Notes under the pieces: model-generated
What the model was told of the DNA's origin: nothing
Seen by the model: the letters and a program-made list of their open reading frames with translations, nothing else
Databases searched by the model: none
Shown: positions 28,201 to 36,958 of the stretch, piece by piece
How the letters are laid out: each line of letters begins with the position of its first letter
How positions within the stretch are numbered: the stretch's first letter is position 1
NCBI GenBank assembly: GCA_046541415.1
Contig: JBKHDI010000003.1
Span: forward strand, 33,879 to 97,878
Source of the DNA: Phycisphaerae bacterium
GTDB lineage: Bacteria > Planctomycetota > Phycisphaerae > SM23-33
Direction: 5' to 3'
Length of the DNA stretch: 64,000 nt
Position numbers and translations under genes: made by a program

Positions 28201-28487
28201 TCGTCGGTCATCTGGTCGGAGGCCTGGTCGACCTCCCAGGCCGGCAGGATCCGGGGTCGCAGGGGCGAGAGGCTCTGGATGTCGTCGGCGGCGTCGTCGG
28301 CCTCGTCGAGATGGCGGGTGACCAGCACGACGCATCGGCCCGTGGTTCGGGCGACGGCGGCGGCCACCGCAGCCGCGGCCGATCCCCACAGGCCGTTGAG
28401 TACGAGGCGCCTCTGGTTCTGCAGCGCAGTGCAGGCCTGCCGGATCGGTCGGGCGTCGCGGAGGATGTCGAAGGCCGATTGGGTCAT
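25236..28487 (-). CDS. mfd: transcription-repair coupling factor
   Basis: 1083 aa with UvrB-homology N-terminal domains, an RNAP-interacting domain, the SF2 helicase motifs LLCGDVGYGKTE and DEEQRFG, and a TRG motif. Confidence 0.9.
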   Translation of the reverse strand: MTQSAFDILRDARPIRQACTALQNQRRLVLNGLWGSAAAAVAAAVARTTGRCVVLVTRHLDEADDAADDIQSLSPLRPRILPAWEVDQASDQMTDEIAAQRIRLANDLSTSPGKRDEPADLIVAPVMALLQPLPDPDSLARAQLQLARGEVHDPDALAAWLVDHGYQQVDQVEQQGDFARRGGILDLLAVGTSAPVRMEFFGDEIDSIRRIDLDTQRSVEQLDGIAITSAAAGMETSAQAPATLADYLPQDAIIFWNEYEEIHELAGQMHQRAAQLDYQAGTALQPPQRIFAALEPFAWVRAAAFGPDSEKAIDLEMRSLQKLSTNTHEAMAEMGELAEHATVWVQCENTAQAERFNQLLEQKHPELLGRLHTADGGISGGFHFPAGKLVVAAHHEVFHRHSKLRRIRRVRAGRPLESLLDLNPGDHVVHVAHGIARFEGLKQIDRDGASEEYLTLRFADNALLHVPTSQIDLVQKYIGSSQRRPTLSKLGTNRWARQKARVAEAVRDLAAEMLRIQAMRQAMPGMAYPVETDWQRRFADEFAYSETEDQIEAIDQIDADMARAQPMDRLLCGDVGYGKTELAMRAAFRVAEAGKQVAVLVPTTVLASQHFRTFTERFADYPFRIEQISRFRTAGQQRQIVEDLKKGQIDILIGTHRLLSNDVKFKDLGLAVIDEEQRFGVEHKDHLKGIRATVDVLTMTATPIPRTMHMALLGLRDISSLATPPMDRRAIQTEVRQYDPVLIGKAIARELNRQGQVFFVHNRVGDIQSVAQRVRELVPDARVDVGHGQMPEGQLEQTMLRFVEHEIDVLVCTTIIESGLDIPSANTMIIHDADRFGLAQLHQLRGRVGRYKHRAYCYLLLPETRSVSPEAAKRLKAVEEFSDLGAGFQIAMRDLEIRGAGNILGPEQSGHIATVGYELYCQLLEQTVAEMKGEKPPKRPEVHLELGIESYIPRSYVPIGRLRMEIYRRLSACRSPESLKQLAADLKDSYGQAPEEVEILLDLAEIRIHAAALGVKSIIRMDPDLIFTVRDFKRAEGIFNGAAGTVRLPDDHTAHWRLPGAYREMPTLVIVLLKRLRQARDRV

Positions 28488-28618
28488 CGCGCAGCAGTGG
28501 GCAGGCCGGGGCGGCAGGTAACCGCCCGGCCTTGGGATGGCAGTCTGGTGGTTCTAGTCAGGATATTCGGCTCGGCCGAGTCGTTCGGCCAGAATTGTCG
28601 AAGCGGACCGCTCGGGGC

Positions 28619-30154
28619 TCAACGCATCTGCAGCGAGATGTCGTCCATCTCTTCGCGGAGCACTTCCCGGCCGTCGTCGTCGCGGCGGTTGTAGCCCACG
28701 CTGTAAAGCAGGGCGGTCTGCCCGGCGGGCTTGTATTTCAGCGGGCCCGAGCCCAGCGGGTCGGCCGGGACCTCGGCAAGCAGGCCGGGCGTCAGTTCCT
28801 CCAGCGAGTCGGGGTAACGCCCGTGTCGGGCCTTGTGGGCAGCCAGGGCGGCGGCAGCAATCGCCATGTTGCGCGCCAGGACCTGCGAATCTCTCGGGTA
28901 GTCGGCCAGGTACAGCGGGCTGCGGACGACCAGGTGAACGATGACCTCGACGGTGTCAGCCGGGGCCAGTCGACCGTCCTTGAGATACCGTCGACGATCG
29001 ACGTCGCTGCGGAAGCTGTCCCAGGCCTTCCAGATCTCCTGCTGGACCTGGCGTCGCCGGGCGGGATCTTCGACATCCAGCACCCTCAGCCGCCGATCGT
29101 ACCAGGAGTTGATCAGGCGCATCGCCGAGTTGTAATTCGTGCCCACGTCCTCCAGGCCCTGAATCTCGTACTGATCGCTGAGCAGCCCCATCCCGCGTGC
29201 CAGGCCATCGACAGCGCAGACCTGCATCGCGTCCAGGTCCCGCAACCGCAGGTGCCAATTGGCCGTATCCAACAACGGCTGCATCGGAGGCAGGGAGCGG
29301 ATGTCATCCAGCAGGCCCCGGGCCTGGTCTTCGGGCCAGTTTCCCGCCGACAGGCAGACCATGGCGCCTTCCAGCATTCGCTGATAGTCGCGGTAGGCGG
29401 CGGTGGCCTCGTAGCTGACCATCGACCCGGAGGTCAGCCGACACAGGCGCAGCGCGGCGATGATGTCTTTGCGGGCAGCGGCAAACTGTTCTTGGCCCGC
29501 GCTGCGTGTGGCCCGGGCCATGACCGCCAGGGTCGACTCGGCCAGGAAGGCAGCCAGGGGCCTTTCCGCCGCGACCAGACGCTCCGGCCGGCTGCGGGCG
29601 TAGAGGGGCACGAACAGGTGGTCCTTGTCGGATGCCGCGACCAGGCGGTCGAGTTGCCTTTTGTAGGTATCGAGGTACTCGGAGAGTTTCGGCAGTTGCT
29701 GGGGACTCCAGGGCCCTGCCGAGGCCTTGAGCAGGTCCCTGCGCGCCACGATGTCCATCTCGTCGTTGTCCTGGCGGCCGAAAAAACCGTAGAGGGGCAT
29801 GGCCCCGGGTGCAGGAGCCGAATCCAGCCCCATCCGCCGGGCCAGCAGTTCGCGGTCTGCGTCGGACAGGTCCCTGGGCGCATAGATCGCCAGCAGATCG
29901 ACGGCGGCATTGTTTCGGGGCATCACACCGCGGCGGTATCGGGCGTTGATCGGCTGGATGTAATTGACCGTCCCGTCCGGGTAGAGCGGTTCGGTCAGCC
30001 AGGTGGTGTCCTCAGCCGGGCGGACCGGAACGGGTTTGGGCTCCTGGCCGTCGTTGGGATTTCCCCGCTTGTACTGGAACCACCAGAGCAGTCCACCGAC
30101 CGCTGCGGCAATGATGACCGCGTCCCGGAGAATGCGTTTCTTCATATCGCTCAT
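28619..30154 (-). CDS. hypothetical N-terminally membrane-anchored protein with pseudopilin (GspG)-like C-terminal motif
   Basis: MSDMKKRILRDAVIIAAAVGGLLWWF is a single TM anchor. The C-terminus ...LAEVPADPLGSGPLKYKPAGQTALLYSVGYNRRDDDG resembles the GspG tail (PxDPWGNxY...LxSxGxDG..GG). Confidence 0.45.
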   Translation of the reverse strand: MSDMKKRILRDAVIIAAAVGGLLWWFQYKRGNPNDGQEPKPVPVRPAEDTTWLTEPLYPDGTVNYIQPINARYRRGVMPRNNAAVDLLAIYAPRDLSDADRELLARRMGLDSAPAPGAMPLYGFFGRQDNDEMDIVARRDLLKASAGPWSPQQLPKLSEYLDTYKRQLDRLVAASDKDHLFVPLYARSRPERLVAAERPLAAFLAESTLAVMARATRSAGQEQFAAARKDIIAALRLCRLTSGSMVSYEATAAYRDYQRMLEGAMVCLSAGNWPEDQARGLLDDIRSLPPMQPLLDTANWHLRLRDLDAMQVCAVDGLARGMGLLSDQYEIQGLEDVGTNYNSAMRLINSWYDRRLRVLDVEDPARRRQVQQEIWKAWDSFRSDVDRRRYLKDGRLAPADTVEVIVHLVVRSPLYLADYPRDSQVLARNMAIAAAALAAHKARHGRYPDSLEELTPGLLAEVPADPLGSGPLKYKPAGQTALLYSVGYNRRDDDGREVLREEMDDISLQMR

Positions 30155-30277
30155 GGTCGTCTATTGTGCCTCCCCGCTGCGACCAATGCAAGATCGCTCA
30201 GGCGGCTGGTCTTCCCACCCGGCCCGGGAAGGCGTATAATTCCCGCTCGCCGTAACCTCGATAGGAGCTACACGCAG

Positions 30278-31261
30278 ATGAACGTACTGTTAACCGGTGG
30301 AGCCGGGTATATCGGATCGCACGCGGTTCGGGCCCTGCAACGCGCGGGCCATACGCCGGTGGTCTACGACAACCTCGTCAAGGGCCACACCCAGGCTATT
30401 GACTGCTGCCAGTTTATTCACGGGGATGTGGCCGACCAGGAGACCCTGGCGGCCGTGCTGGGCGAATACGACATCGACACCGTCATTCACTTCGCCGCGT
30501 TCATTGAGGCGGGAGAATCCTGCGCCAAGCCGGGCAAGTACTTCCGGAACAACACCGTCAGTGGCCTGTCGTTGCTGGAGGCGATGCGCCAGACCGACGT
30601 GCGGCGACTGGTGTTCTCCTCGACCGCGGCGGTGTATGGCATACCCGAAGAAACGCCCATCGTCGAGACCGCCGGGTTCAACCCCATCAGCCCGTACGGA
30701 TCGAGCAAGCTCTGCGTCGAGTACATGCTCCGCGGCTACGCCGAGGCCTACGACATGGGCTTTGTCGCCTTGCGATACTTCAACGTAGCCGGGGCCGAGC
30801 CGGGGGGCAAGATCGGCGAGGACCACGACCCCGAGACGCACCTGATCCCCCTGACGCTGCAGGTCGCCCTGGGCCAGCGTGAGAAGATCTACATCTTCGG
30901 CGACGATTACAACACCGACGACGGCACGTGCGTGCGCGATTACATCCACGTCTGCGACCTGGTCGATGCGCACATCCTGGCCGCCGAGGCGATCCAGCCG
31001 GGCCGGGTCGAGGCGTTCAACCTGGGCAACGGCGCGGGCTTCTCGGTCAAACAGGTCATCGAGACCTGCCGCAAGGTCACCGGCCATCCGATCCCGGGCG
31101 AGCTGGCCGCTCGCAGGCCCGGGGACCCGGACACGCTGATCGCCTCGTCGAAAAAGGCGATCGATCAACTGGGCTGGCAGCCGAAGTACCCGGATCTGGA
31201 GACGATAATCGCCCACGCGTGGGAGTGGCACAGGGAGAATCCTCGCGGCTATCTCGACTGA
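30278..31261 (+). CDS. galE: UDP-glucose 4-epimerase
   Basis: Start MNVLLTGGAGYIGSH at 30278; the 909-aa track ORF 28532 is an upstream artefact extension. SSTAAVYG, YGSSK (YxxxK catalytic), and the full-length match to GalE all fit. Confidence 0.85.
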   Translation: MNVLLTGGAGYIGSHAVRALQRAGHTPVVYDNLVKGHTQAIDCCQFIHGDVADQETLAAVLGEYDIDTVIHFAAFIEAGESCAKPGKYFRNNTVSGLSLLEAMRQTDVRRLVFSSTAAVYGIPEETPIVETAGFNPISPYGSSKLCVEYMLRGYAEAYDMGFVALRYFNVAGAEPGGKIGEDHDPETHLIPLTLQVALGQREKIYIFGDDYNTDDGTCVRDYIHVCDLVDAHILAAEAIQPGRVEAFNLGNGAGFSVKQVIETCRKVTGHPIPGELAARRPGDPDTLIASSKKAIDQLGWQPKYPDLETIIAHAWEWHRENPRGYLD

Positions 31262-31388
31262 CAGACCGGGCGGGGCAAGAAGTCCTTGGCCGGGCGGGGC
31301 GGCGGCGCGTACACTTCAGATGGCACAGTCAGAGTCACAGCCCGGCTGCGGCAATCGCGTCGGGACAAGTCTGAAAAGAGGGCCCGAG

Positions 31389-32210
31389 ATGAGCATGCAG
31401 AGTCGCCTTGGCTCGACCTACACCCACGCGATGGGTCTGTCGTTTTCGCACCCGGCGGACTGGTCGGTCCAGTCCACGGCCGACGGGTTGATCCTGACGC
31501 CCGGAACCGGCGGACAGACGACCGGGGGCTTGACGGAATCGTACCTGGTGATGACCGAGGCCGCCCCGGGCCTTCGCAACCCCGCGGGCAGACGCGTCGT
31601 AGAGATAGTCGACGAACTGGTTGCCTCCCAGTCGGCCGGTCTGGACCGCAGCGAAGGGCCCGACGAAGTCCCCTGTCGCCGCGGACGCGGAGCGCGTCTG
31701 GTCTATTCCGGACAGACCCGGACGGGCCAGCGAGTCACCGCGTTGGCATACGTCTCGCTGCAGGAGGAGCTCTCGGCTTTGCTGGTGGGCATGGGCCCGG
31801 CCGAGGCGGTCGACGCACGTCGGGACGTGCTTGATGACGTTTTCGCCAGCTTCCAGCAGGTGCCCGCCCAGCAGGACCTGGACCTGGTCGGCACGTGGTA
31901 TCGGGCCCATCGCGCCGGCGGCGGGTATGTCTCGGCGGCAGGATACTGCCTGGAACTGCGGGCCGACGGGACCTTCGAGCAGTTCGAGATGACAGGCCCG
32001 GCCGTGGGAGGCCCAGCCGGCGAGGAAGAGGAACCGTCGGGGCGGGCCCAGGGCTTCTGGCGCACGCGGGGCGATGAACTGGAGATGGTCCGCCCCGATG
32101 GTCGTCGCGAGCAGTTCACCTTCAGCATCCAGGGCGCAACGCGGATGCGGAAGCTCAAATTGCTGCACATCGACGGTTCGCAGCAGACCTGGACCAACCG
32201 CCTTTGTTGA
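31389..32210 (+). CDS. hypothetical protein
   Basis: MSMQS start with an agaggg RBS; the ORF is open from 31320. No recognisable motif. It converges on the GspE-like gene with stop codons 2 nt apart. Confidence 0.35.
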   Translation: MSMQSRLGSTYTHAMGLSFSHPADWSVQSTADGLILTPGTGGQTTGGLTESYLVMTEAAPGLRNPAGRRVVEIVDELVASQSAGLDRSEGPDEVPCRRGRGARLVYSGQTRTGQRVTALAYVSLQEELSALLVGMGPAEAVDARRDVLDDVFASFQQVPAQQDLDLVGTWYRAHRAGGGYVSAAGYCLELRADGTFEQFEMTGPAVGGPAGEEEEPSGRAQGFWRTRGDELEMVRPDGRREQFTFSIQGATRMRKLKLLHIDGSQQTWTNRLC

Positions 32211-32212
32211 GC

Positions 32213-33958
32213 TCAGTTCCGCGAGCGGACGAAGAGCTGGTGCGGCAGGACGCGGGCGATCTCGGCCAGGCTGGTCACGCCGTCGGCGACCTTTTCCATC
32301 GCGGCCTCGGCCAGGCTGTGGGTTCCGTTCTGCAGGGCGGTCCGCTCGATTTCGGCCACGTCCCCGCCGTGGCGTATCGTCGCGCCGAGGACGCGGTCGT
32401 TCTCGATGAGGCTGAAGCATCCCGTTCGTCCGTCGTAACCGATGTGGTGACAATGCGGACAGCCCGTCGGGCCGAAGACCGGGAACGTCAGGTCGCTGCG
32501 CGACAGGCCCAGGGTTCGCAGCAGCGTATCGTCGGGGACGATGATCTTCCGACAGTGCTGACAGAGTCGGCGCACCGTCCACGGGGCCAGGACCGCCAGC
32601 AGTGCTTTTGACAGCGACCAACTGTCCAGTCCCATCTCCAGCAGAGATCCGATCGCGTCGGGACCGGATTCGGCGTACATTCCTGCCAGGACGAGTCTGC
32701 CCTGCAGGGCCATGTTCACCGCTTCCTTGGCTGCAGGCGGGTCGGTCAATTCCTGGACCATGATCACGTCGGCGTCCTGGCGGGCCACGGCCCGGAGGGC
32801 ATCGGCCAGTTCGATATCCAGCTCTGCGGTCATCGAAGACTGGCTTACGCCCGGCTGGTCGTACTCGGGGGTCTTTTCGATGGTGATGATATTGCGCCCG
32901 GGGCTGTTAAGCCGCTGGACCATCGCGTTGAGGGTGGTGTATCGACCCGAGCGGGGCAGGCCGGCGACGAGAATCAGCCCGCACGGCTCGGCCATCAGGC
33001 TCGTCAGCAGCGCCGCCTCCTGGCGGGCCAGGCCCAGGTTGTCGAACGAAACCACGGGCTTGTTGGTGTCGATCACCTGGATCGTCACGCGCGTGCCCTT
33101 TCGCGTCGGCCAGGTCGAGAGGACGCACTCGACGTCGCGTTGGTCGACAGCGAAGGTGAAGCTGCCGGACTGGGGCTTGTTCGGTGGGGCGTCGTCCAGG
33201 CCGGCCAACTGTCGGAGATTCTCGACCACCGCCGGACCCATCGCCTCGGGCAGGCCGCGGGCGAAGGTGTCGATCGTCTGCAGAACGCTGTCGATCCGCA
33301 GGCGGAGGGTCAGGCCCTCCCAGTCCGGCTCGAGGTGGATGTGCGATGCCCGCCGCTGGACGGCCTCGACCAGCAGGGCCTCGGCGACCTGCTCGGCCGG
33401 GTCTACCTGTCGCCCAGGCCCCTGGGCCGGTGCAGCCGGGGCCGGGTCGTCCTGAACGGAAGACTCGACCGCCTCCGGCTGGGGGGGTTCGATTTCGGCT
33501 GCCTCCGCCGCCTGCTGCGACGGTGCCGGGCCCTGGTCGACGGAATCGGCCGCAAGCTCCGCTTCGCTCCGGAAATCCAGCTCGTCTGCAGGCTGGGCCG
33601 GAGCGGGGATCTCAAAGAGGAAGTCTTCATCGTCCGACAGGTCGACCGGCGGGTTGATCCGCCGGGCGGCCTTGACGGCGGTGTCGATGTGCGACCGGGT
33701 CTGCGTCCGGCCCGCCGCGGCCGGGCTCTCCGGCTCGACGGGGACGTAGTCCTGGGACAGGGCGGTTTCCAGCAGGCCGGAGTTCTCCAGCCCGCGGGAC
33801 TTGAGGAACAGGCCCAGCCCGCGCTGGCTGATCCGGATCGGCCCGTTGGGCAGGCGCATGTAAGGAAGGATGCCCTGCTGCATCCAGGCGCAGACTTCAC
33901 CCGGGCTAGCTTGCATCAATTGAGCGATGTCGTAGGTGCTGAACAGTTTCTCTGTCAT
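32213..33958 (-). CDS. HTH (excisionase/MerR-like) domain - disordered linker - GspE/PilB-type secretion ATPase-like protein with degenerate nucleotide-binding motifs
   Basis: N-terminus STYDIAQLMQASPGEVCAWMQQGILPYMRLPNGPIRI is an HTH_17-like domain. The GspE N2 region is ASHIHLEPDWEGLTLRLRIDSVL. The Walker A position reads GLPRSGRYTT, versus canonical GPTGSGK(S/T)T. The His-box region reads MYAESG, not LHTND. The C-terminal tetracysteine CQHC...CPHC is retained. The RBS is a ggaggg run. Confidence 0.7.
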   Translation of the reverse strand: MTEKLFSTYDIAQLMQASPGEVCAWMQQGILPYMRLPNGPIRISQRGLGLFLKSRGLENSGLLETALSQDYVPVEPESPAAAGRTQTRSHIDTAVKAARRINPPVDLSDDEDFLFEIPAPAQPADELDFRSEAELAADSVDQGPAPSQQAAEAAEIEPPQPEAVESSVQDDPAPAAPAQGPGRQVDPAEQVAEALLVEAVQRRASHIHLEPDWEGLTLRLRIDSVLQTIDTFARGLPEAMGPAVVENLRQLAGLDDAPPNKPQSGSFTFAVDQRDVECVLSTWPTRKGTRVTIQVIDTNKPVVSFDNLGLARQEAALLTSLMAEPCGLILVAGLPRSGRYTTLNAMVQRLNSPGRNIITIEKTPEYDQPGVSQSSMTAELDIELADALRAVARQDADVIMVQELTDPPAAKEAVNMALQGRLVLAGMYAESGPDAIGSLLEMGLDSWSLSKALLAVLAPWTVRRLCQHCRKIIVPDDTLLRTLGLSRSDLTFPVFGPTGCPHCHHIGYDGRTGCFSLIENDRVLGATIRHGGDVAEIERTALQNGTHSLAEAAMEKVADGVTSLAEIARVLPHQLFVRSRN

Positions 33959-34286
33959 CCGTGACCGACCTCCCTCCCTCCGGGTGATCCAAACGACCGA
34001 TCACCAATCGAATCGGTTGTCGCAACTTGCATCCATGCATCGGGCGACACTTCGATCGGCAGAACCCAAGCATTCTGCCACTTATTGATCGACGCGTCAA
34101 CGGACAAAAAATAAGGCAAATCCTGTGGGATTTTCCAGATTCTCCCGACGTTCCCGCCGGGATTACCCCCGGCGCGGCCGGACCGGGCCGGCGAAACGGC
34201 AAATCATTAACTCTCGGAAAAGCACCTTTTTTGCTGCAAGAGCCTCGTCCCGCCTTCCGATACGCCCACTGTAAGGAGATCAGGCC

Positions 34287-34703
34287 ATGAACACAGTCGA
34301 ACAGATCCTCATGAGCAAGGGCCCCGACGTGATCGTCGCGGTCGGGACCAATACCGTCATCGAGGCGGCCAAAATGATGGCCCAGGCCAATGTCGGCTCG
34401 GTCATCATCAAAGAGGGCCAGGCCCCGGTGGGCATCTTCACCGAACGCGACCTGCTGCGAAAGGTCGTCGCGACGGGCAAAGATCCCAATACCACGCCGC
34501 TGAGCCAGGTTATGTCCAGCCCCGTGCGGACCGTCGAACTGGCCACGCCGATCGCCGAGGCCTCGCAGGTCCTCACGACCCACCACATCCGCCACCTGGC
34601 CGTCGTGGAAGAAAACGCCCTGGTGGGCATGATCAGCTTCCGCGACGTGCTCAAGGCCGAAGTGGAACTGGCAGAGGCACGCTCGCAGGGCCCGGTCTGC
34701 TGA
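34287..34703 (+). CDS. CBS domain pair protein
   Basis: 138 aa with two CBS motifs (VGSVIIKEGQAPVGIFTERDLLRKV; HHIRHLAVVEENALVGMISFRDVLK). Confidence 0.75.
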   Translation: MNTVEQILMSKGPDVIVAVGTNTVIEAAKMMAQANVGSVIIKEGQAPVGIFTERDLLRKVVATGKDPNTTPLSQVMSSPVRTVELATPIAEASQVLTTHHIRHLAVVEENALVGMISFRDVLKAEVELAEARSQGPVC

Positions 34704-34773
34704 GACCCGCCCCAGCCGCCTGAAACAACCGATTGCACTCCAGGCCCCCTGCGCCTTGCGCTGCGGGGCTTGT

Positions 34774-36813
34774 CTATTGCGCATGCAGGTCGATGATCGC
34801 CACGCCGTAAGGATCGAGCGTCAATGGACCTTGAACCGCCGAACCGCCCAACAGATCCCTGCCGGCGGGGAGATTATCGACCTGACGGGCCTGGCCATAG
34901 TGATTCAGCACAAACAGCAGACTCCTGCCGTCATCGGCCCGGCGACGGGTGATCTCGACGTATTCATCGGCCCCTGCCAGCGGGACTGCGCCGGCGTAGC
35001 TGTTGGCCAGGCCCACCAGCGCCGCAACGTTGTCGGAGCTGAAGAACGTGCCGACGTAGATCGCCGCGCCCTGCCCGAGGCGGTTGACCGTCACGGCCGG
35101 GGCGCCGGCAGCGGCGAACGGCCCGCCATCGGCCAGGGCATCCCACGTGCCGAGAACCTCTGCCGGGCCGGGCTTGAGGATCTCGTAGCCCGCCCCTGCC
35201 GGCAGCTGGGTCGACCTGCAGTGCAGCGTCGCTTCGCCCGGATCGAGACGGCCGAACTCCTCGACCGTCGCGCCGAACAACTCGGACAACAGGGCAGGCC
35301 CAGCTGTATCGAAGACGTGGTTCTCGCGGTCGCGCGTCGCCGAGCGGGCCGATGCCAACAGCACCCCGCCGGCGCGGACGAACGCCTCCAACCTCCCTGC
35401 CAGCTGGGCGTCCATCAGCGGCAGCGACGGGAAGATCAGCAGCTTCAGGCCCTCCAGCCGGTCGCGCACGTCGACCAGGCCGCACGGCAGGTGTCGCTGC
35501 CAGAGCTGCCCGTATGCCAACTGCCCCATCTGCCACGGATTGGGCAGGCCGAGTTTCATCGTGGCGTACGCCTCGGCCGCGTCGTGGTCGGTCAGCACGG
35601 CCGCCTGCACGTCCAGCGTCGTGCCCAGCAGCTTGGGCCCGATACGTTTGAGCTCGGCTCCCTCGCGGGCGAATTCCTCGTACCGGCGCCGCCGGACGTT
35701 GTCGTGCCCGATGATGCCGTTCCAGTACATCTCCGCGCCGTACCGGCAGGTCCGCCAGCGGAAGTGCAGCATGCCGTCGGCCCCGTGGGCGATCGACTGG
35801 TACGCCCAGAGACGCATCTGCCCCGGCTGGGGGGTCTTGTGAAGGTAGGGCTTCTGCCCGCCGGGCCCGCCCTGCTGCTCGGGGATGATGTAGCTGCCGG
35901 TGTACTGCCTGCAGTTCTCGTTGATCATCGCGCCCCACAACGCACCGGCCGGCTGGTCTCCGGCGAAACCCGGATAGACGTCCACGCCAAGAAAATCCAG
36001 CTCTTCGGTCAGCTGCCAGTAATCGATGTGCGTAAACAGCCCGTTGTGGAAGATCTTCCAGCCACCATGGGCCTTGCGAAGCTCCTCGACCTGCTGGGCC
36101 TGGAACTGGCCGACCATGTCCGAAAGGAACCGGGCGTAGTCCAACTCGGCGGACGGGTTCGGATAGGCCGGGCGGTTCTGGCTGGTCGGCAGCGGCACGC
36201 AGCCGAAGCTGTGGTACGTCTGGGCCCAGAACGCAGTCCCCCAGGCGCGGTTCAGTTCGTCCAGCGAGCCGTACTTCTGCTCCAGCCACTGCTGGAAGGC
36301 AGTCTTGCAGGCGGGGCAGTAGCAGCGGGAAAAATGGCAGTTCAGTTCGTTGTCCGTCTGCCACGCGATCACGTGCGGGTTGTCGGCATAGTGTTCAGCC
36401 ATCGCCGCGGTGATCCGCCGACTCTGCTGGCGAAACTCGGGATTGGTCGTGCAGCAGTGCTGGCGCGAGCCGTGGTGCATCCGTCGGCCGTCCTCGTCGA
36501 TGCGCATCCAGTCCGGATGTTCCGCCGTCAGCCACCGCGGCGGCGTGGCCGTAGGCGTGCAGAGGATCGTCGATATGCCCTTGCCGCCCAGTTCGGCGAT
36601 GACATCATCGAACAGGGAAAAGTCCAGCTCGCCGGCGGCCGGCTCGATCCGGTCCCAGGCGAATTCAGCCATGCGGACGACGTTGACATCCGCCGCGGCC
36701 ATCCAGGTTGCATCGTGCTTGCGGTCGTCAGCCGACCAGTGTTCGGGATAGTACGGCACGCCGAACCAGAATGTATCCAGCGTTGCGGGTCTCTGATGGC
36801 GGACAACGGCCAT
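34774..36813 (-). CDS. beta-galactosidase, glycoside hydrolase family 42
   Basis: Start MAVVRHQ with RBS gaggagaaaccc; the track ORF extends to 37083. Motifs FGVPYYPEHW, MAEFAW, QTDNEL (acid/base Glu), a CxxC Zn cluster (CHFSRCYCPAC) and a trimerisation/C-terminal domain all fit GH42. Confidence 0.8.
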   Translation of the reverse strand: MAVVRHQRPATLDTFWFGVPYYPEHWSADDRKHDATWMAAADVNVVRMAEFAWDRIEPAAGELDFSLFDDVIAELGGKGISTILCTPTATPPRWLTAEHPDWMRIDEDGRRMHHGSRQHCCTTNPEFRQQSRRITAAMAEHYADNPHVIAWQTDNELNCHFSRCYCPACKTAFQQWLEQKYGSLDELNRAWGTAFWAQTYHSFGCVPLPTSQNRPAYPNPSAELDYARFLSDMVGQFQAQQVEELRKAHGGWKIFHNGLFTHIDYWQLTEELDFLGVDVYPGFAGDQPAGALWGAMINENCRQYTGSYIIPEQQGGPGGQKPYLHKTPQPGQMRLWAYQSIAHGADGMLHFRWRTCRYGAEMYWNGIIGHDNVRRRRYEEFAREGAELKRIGPKLLGTTLDVQAAVLTDHDAAEAYATMKLGLPNPWQMGQLAYGQLWQRHLPCGLVDVRDRLEGLKLLIFPSLPLMDAQLAGRLEAFVRAGGVLLASARSATRDRENHVFDTAGPALLSELFGATVEEFGRLDPGEATLHCRSTQLPAGAGYEILKPGPAEVLGTWDALADGGPFAAAGAPAVTVNRLGQGAAIYVGTFFSSDNVAALVGLANSYAGAVPLAGADEYVEITRRRADDGRSLLFVLNHYGQARQVDNLPAGRDLLGGSAVQGPLTLDPYGVAIIDLHAQ

Positions 36814-36958
36814 GGGTTTCTCCTCTGTATCTGCGGTTGTGCGTGTGCATCCTACCCGGTGCAGCCAGGCCTGACAACTGCCCTGCCTGTCGGGAATTTT
36901 CTTACCCGATCGGCCGTGACGTGTCATACTACCTGCCGGACATCTGCCAAGGAGAACC

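Noticed and set aside
25323-28694. 1123-aa plus-strand ORF antisense to mfd
   Set aside because: Mfd on the minus strand is unambiguous (helicase motifs present). The plus-strand product is low-complexity Gly/Leu/Arg/Asp-rich with no motifs, so it is a GC-driven shadow ORF.
28532-31261. 909-aa plus-strand ORF ending at the galE stop
   Set aside because: Only the last 327 aa, starting at the ATG at 30278 (MNVLLTGGAGYIGSH), are GalE. The upstream 580 aa are antisense to the 28619-30154 gene and compositionally non-protein-like.
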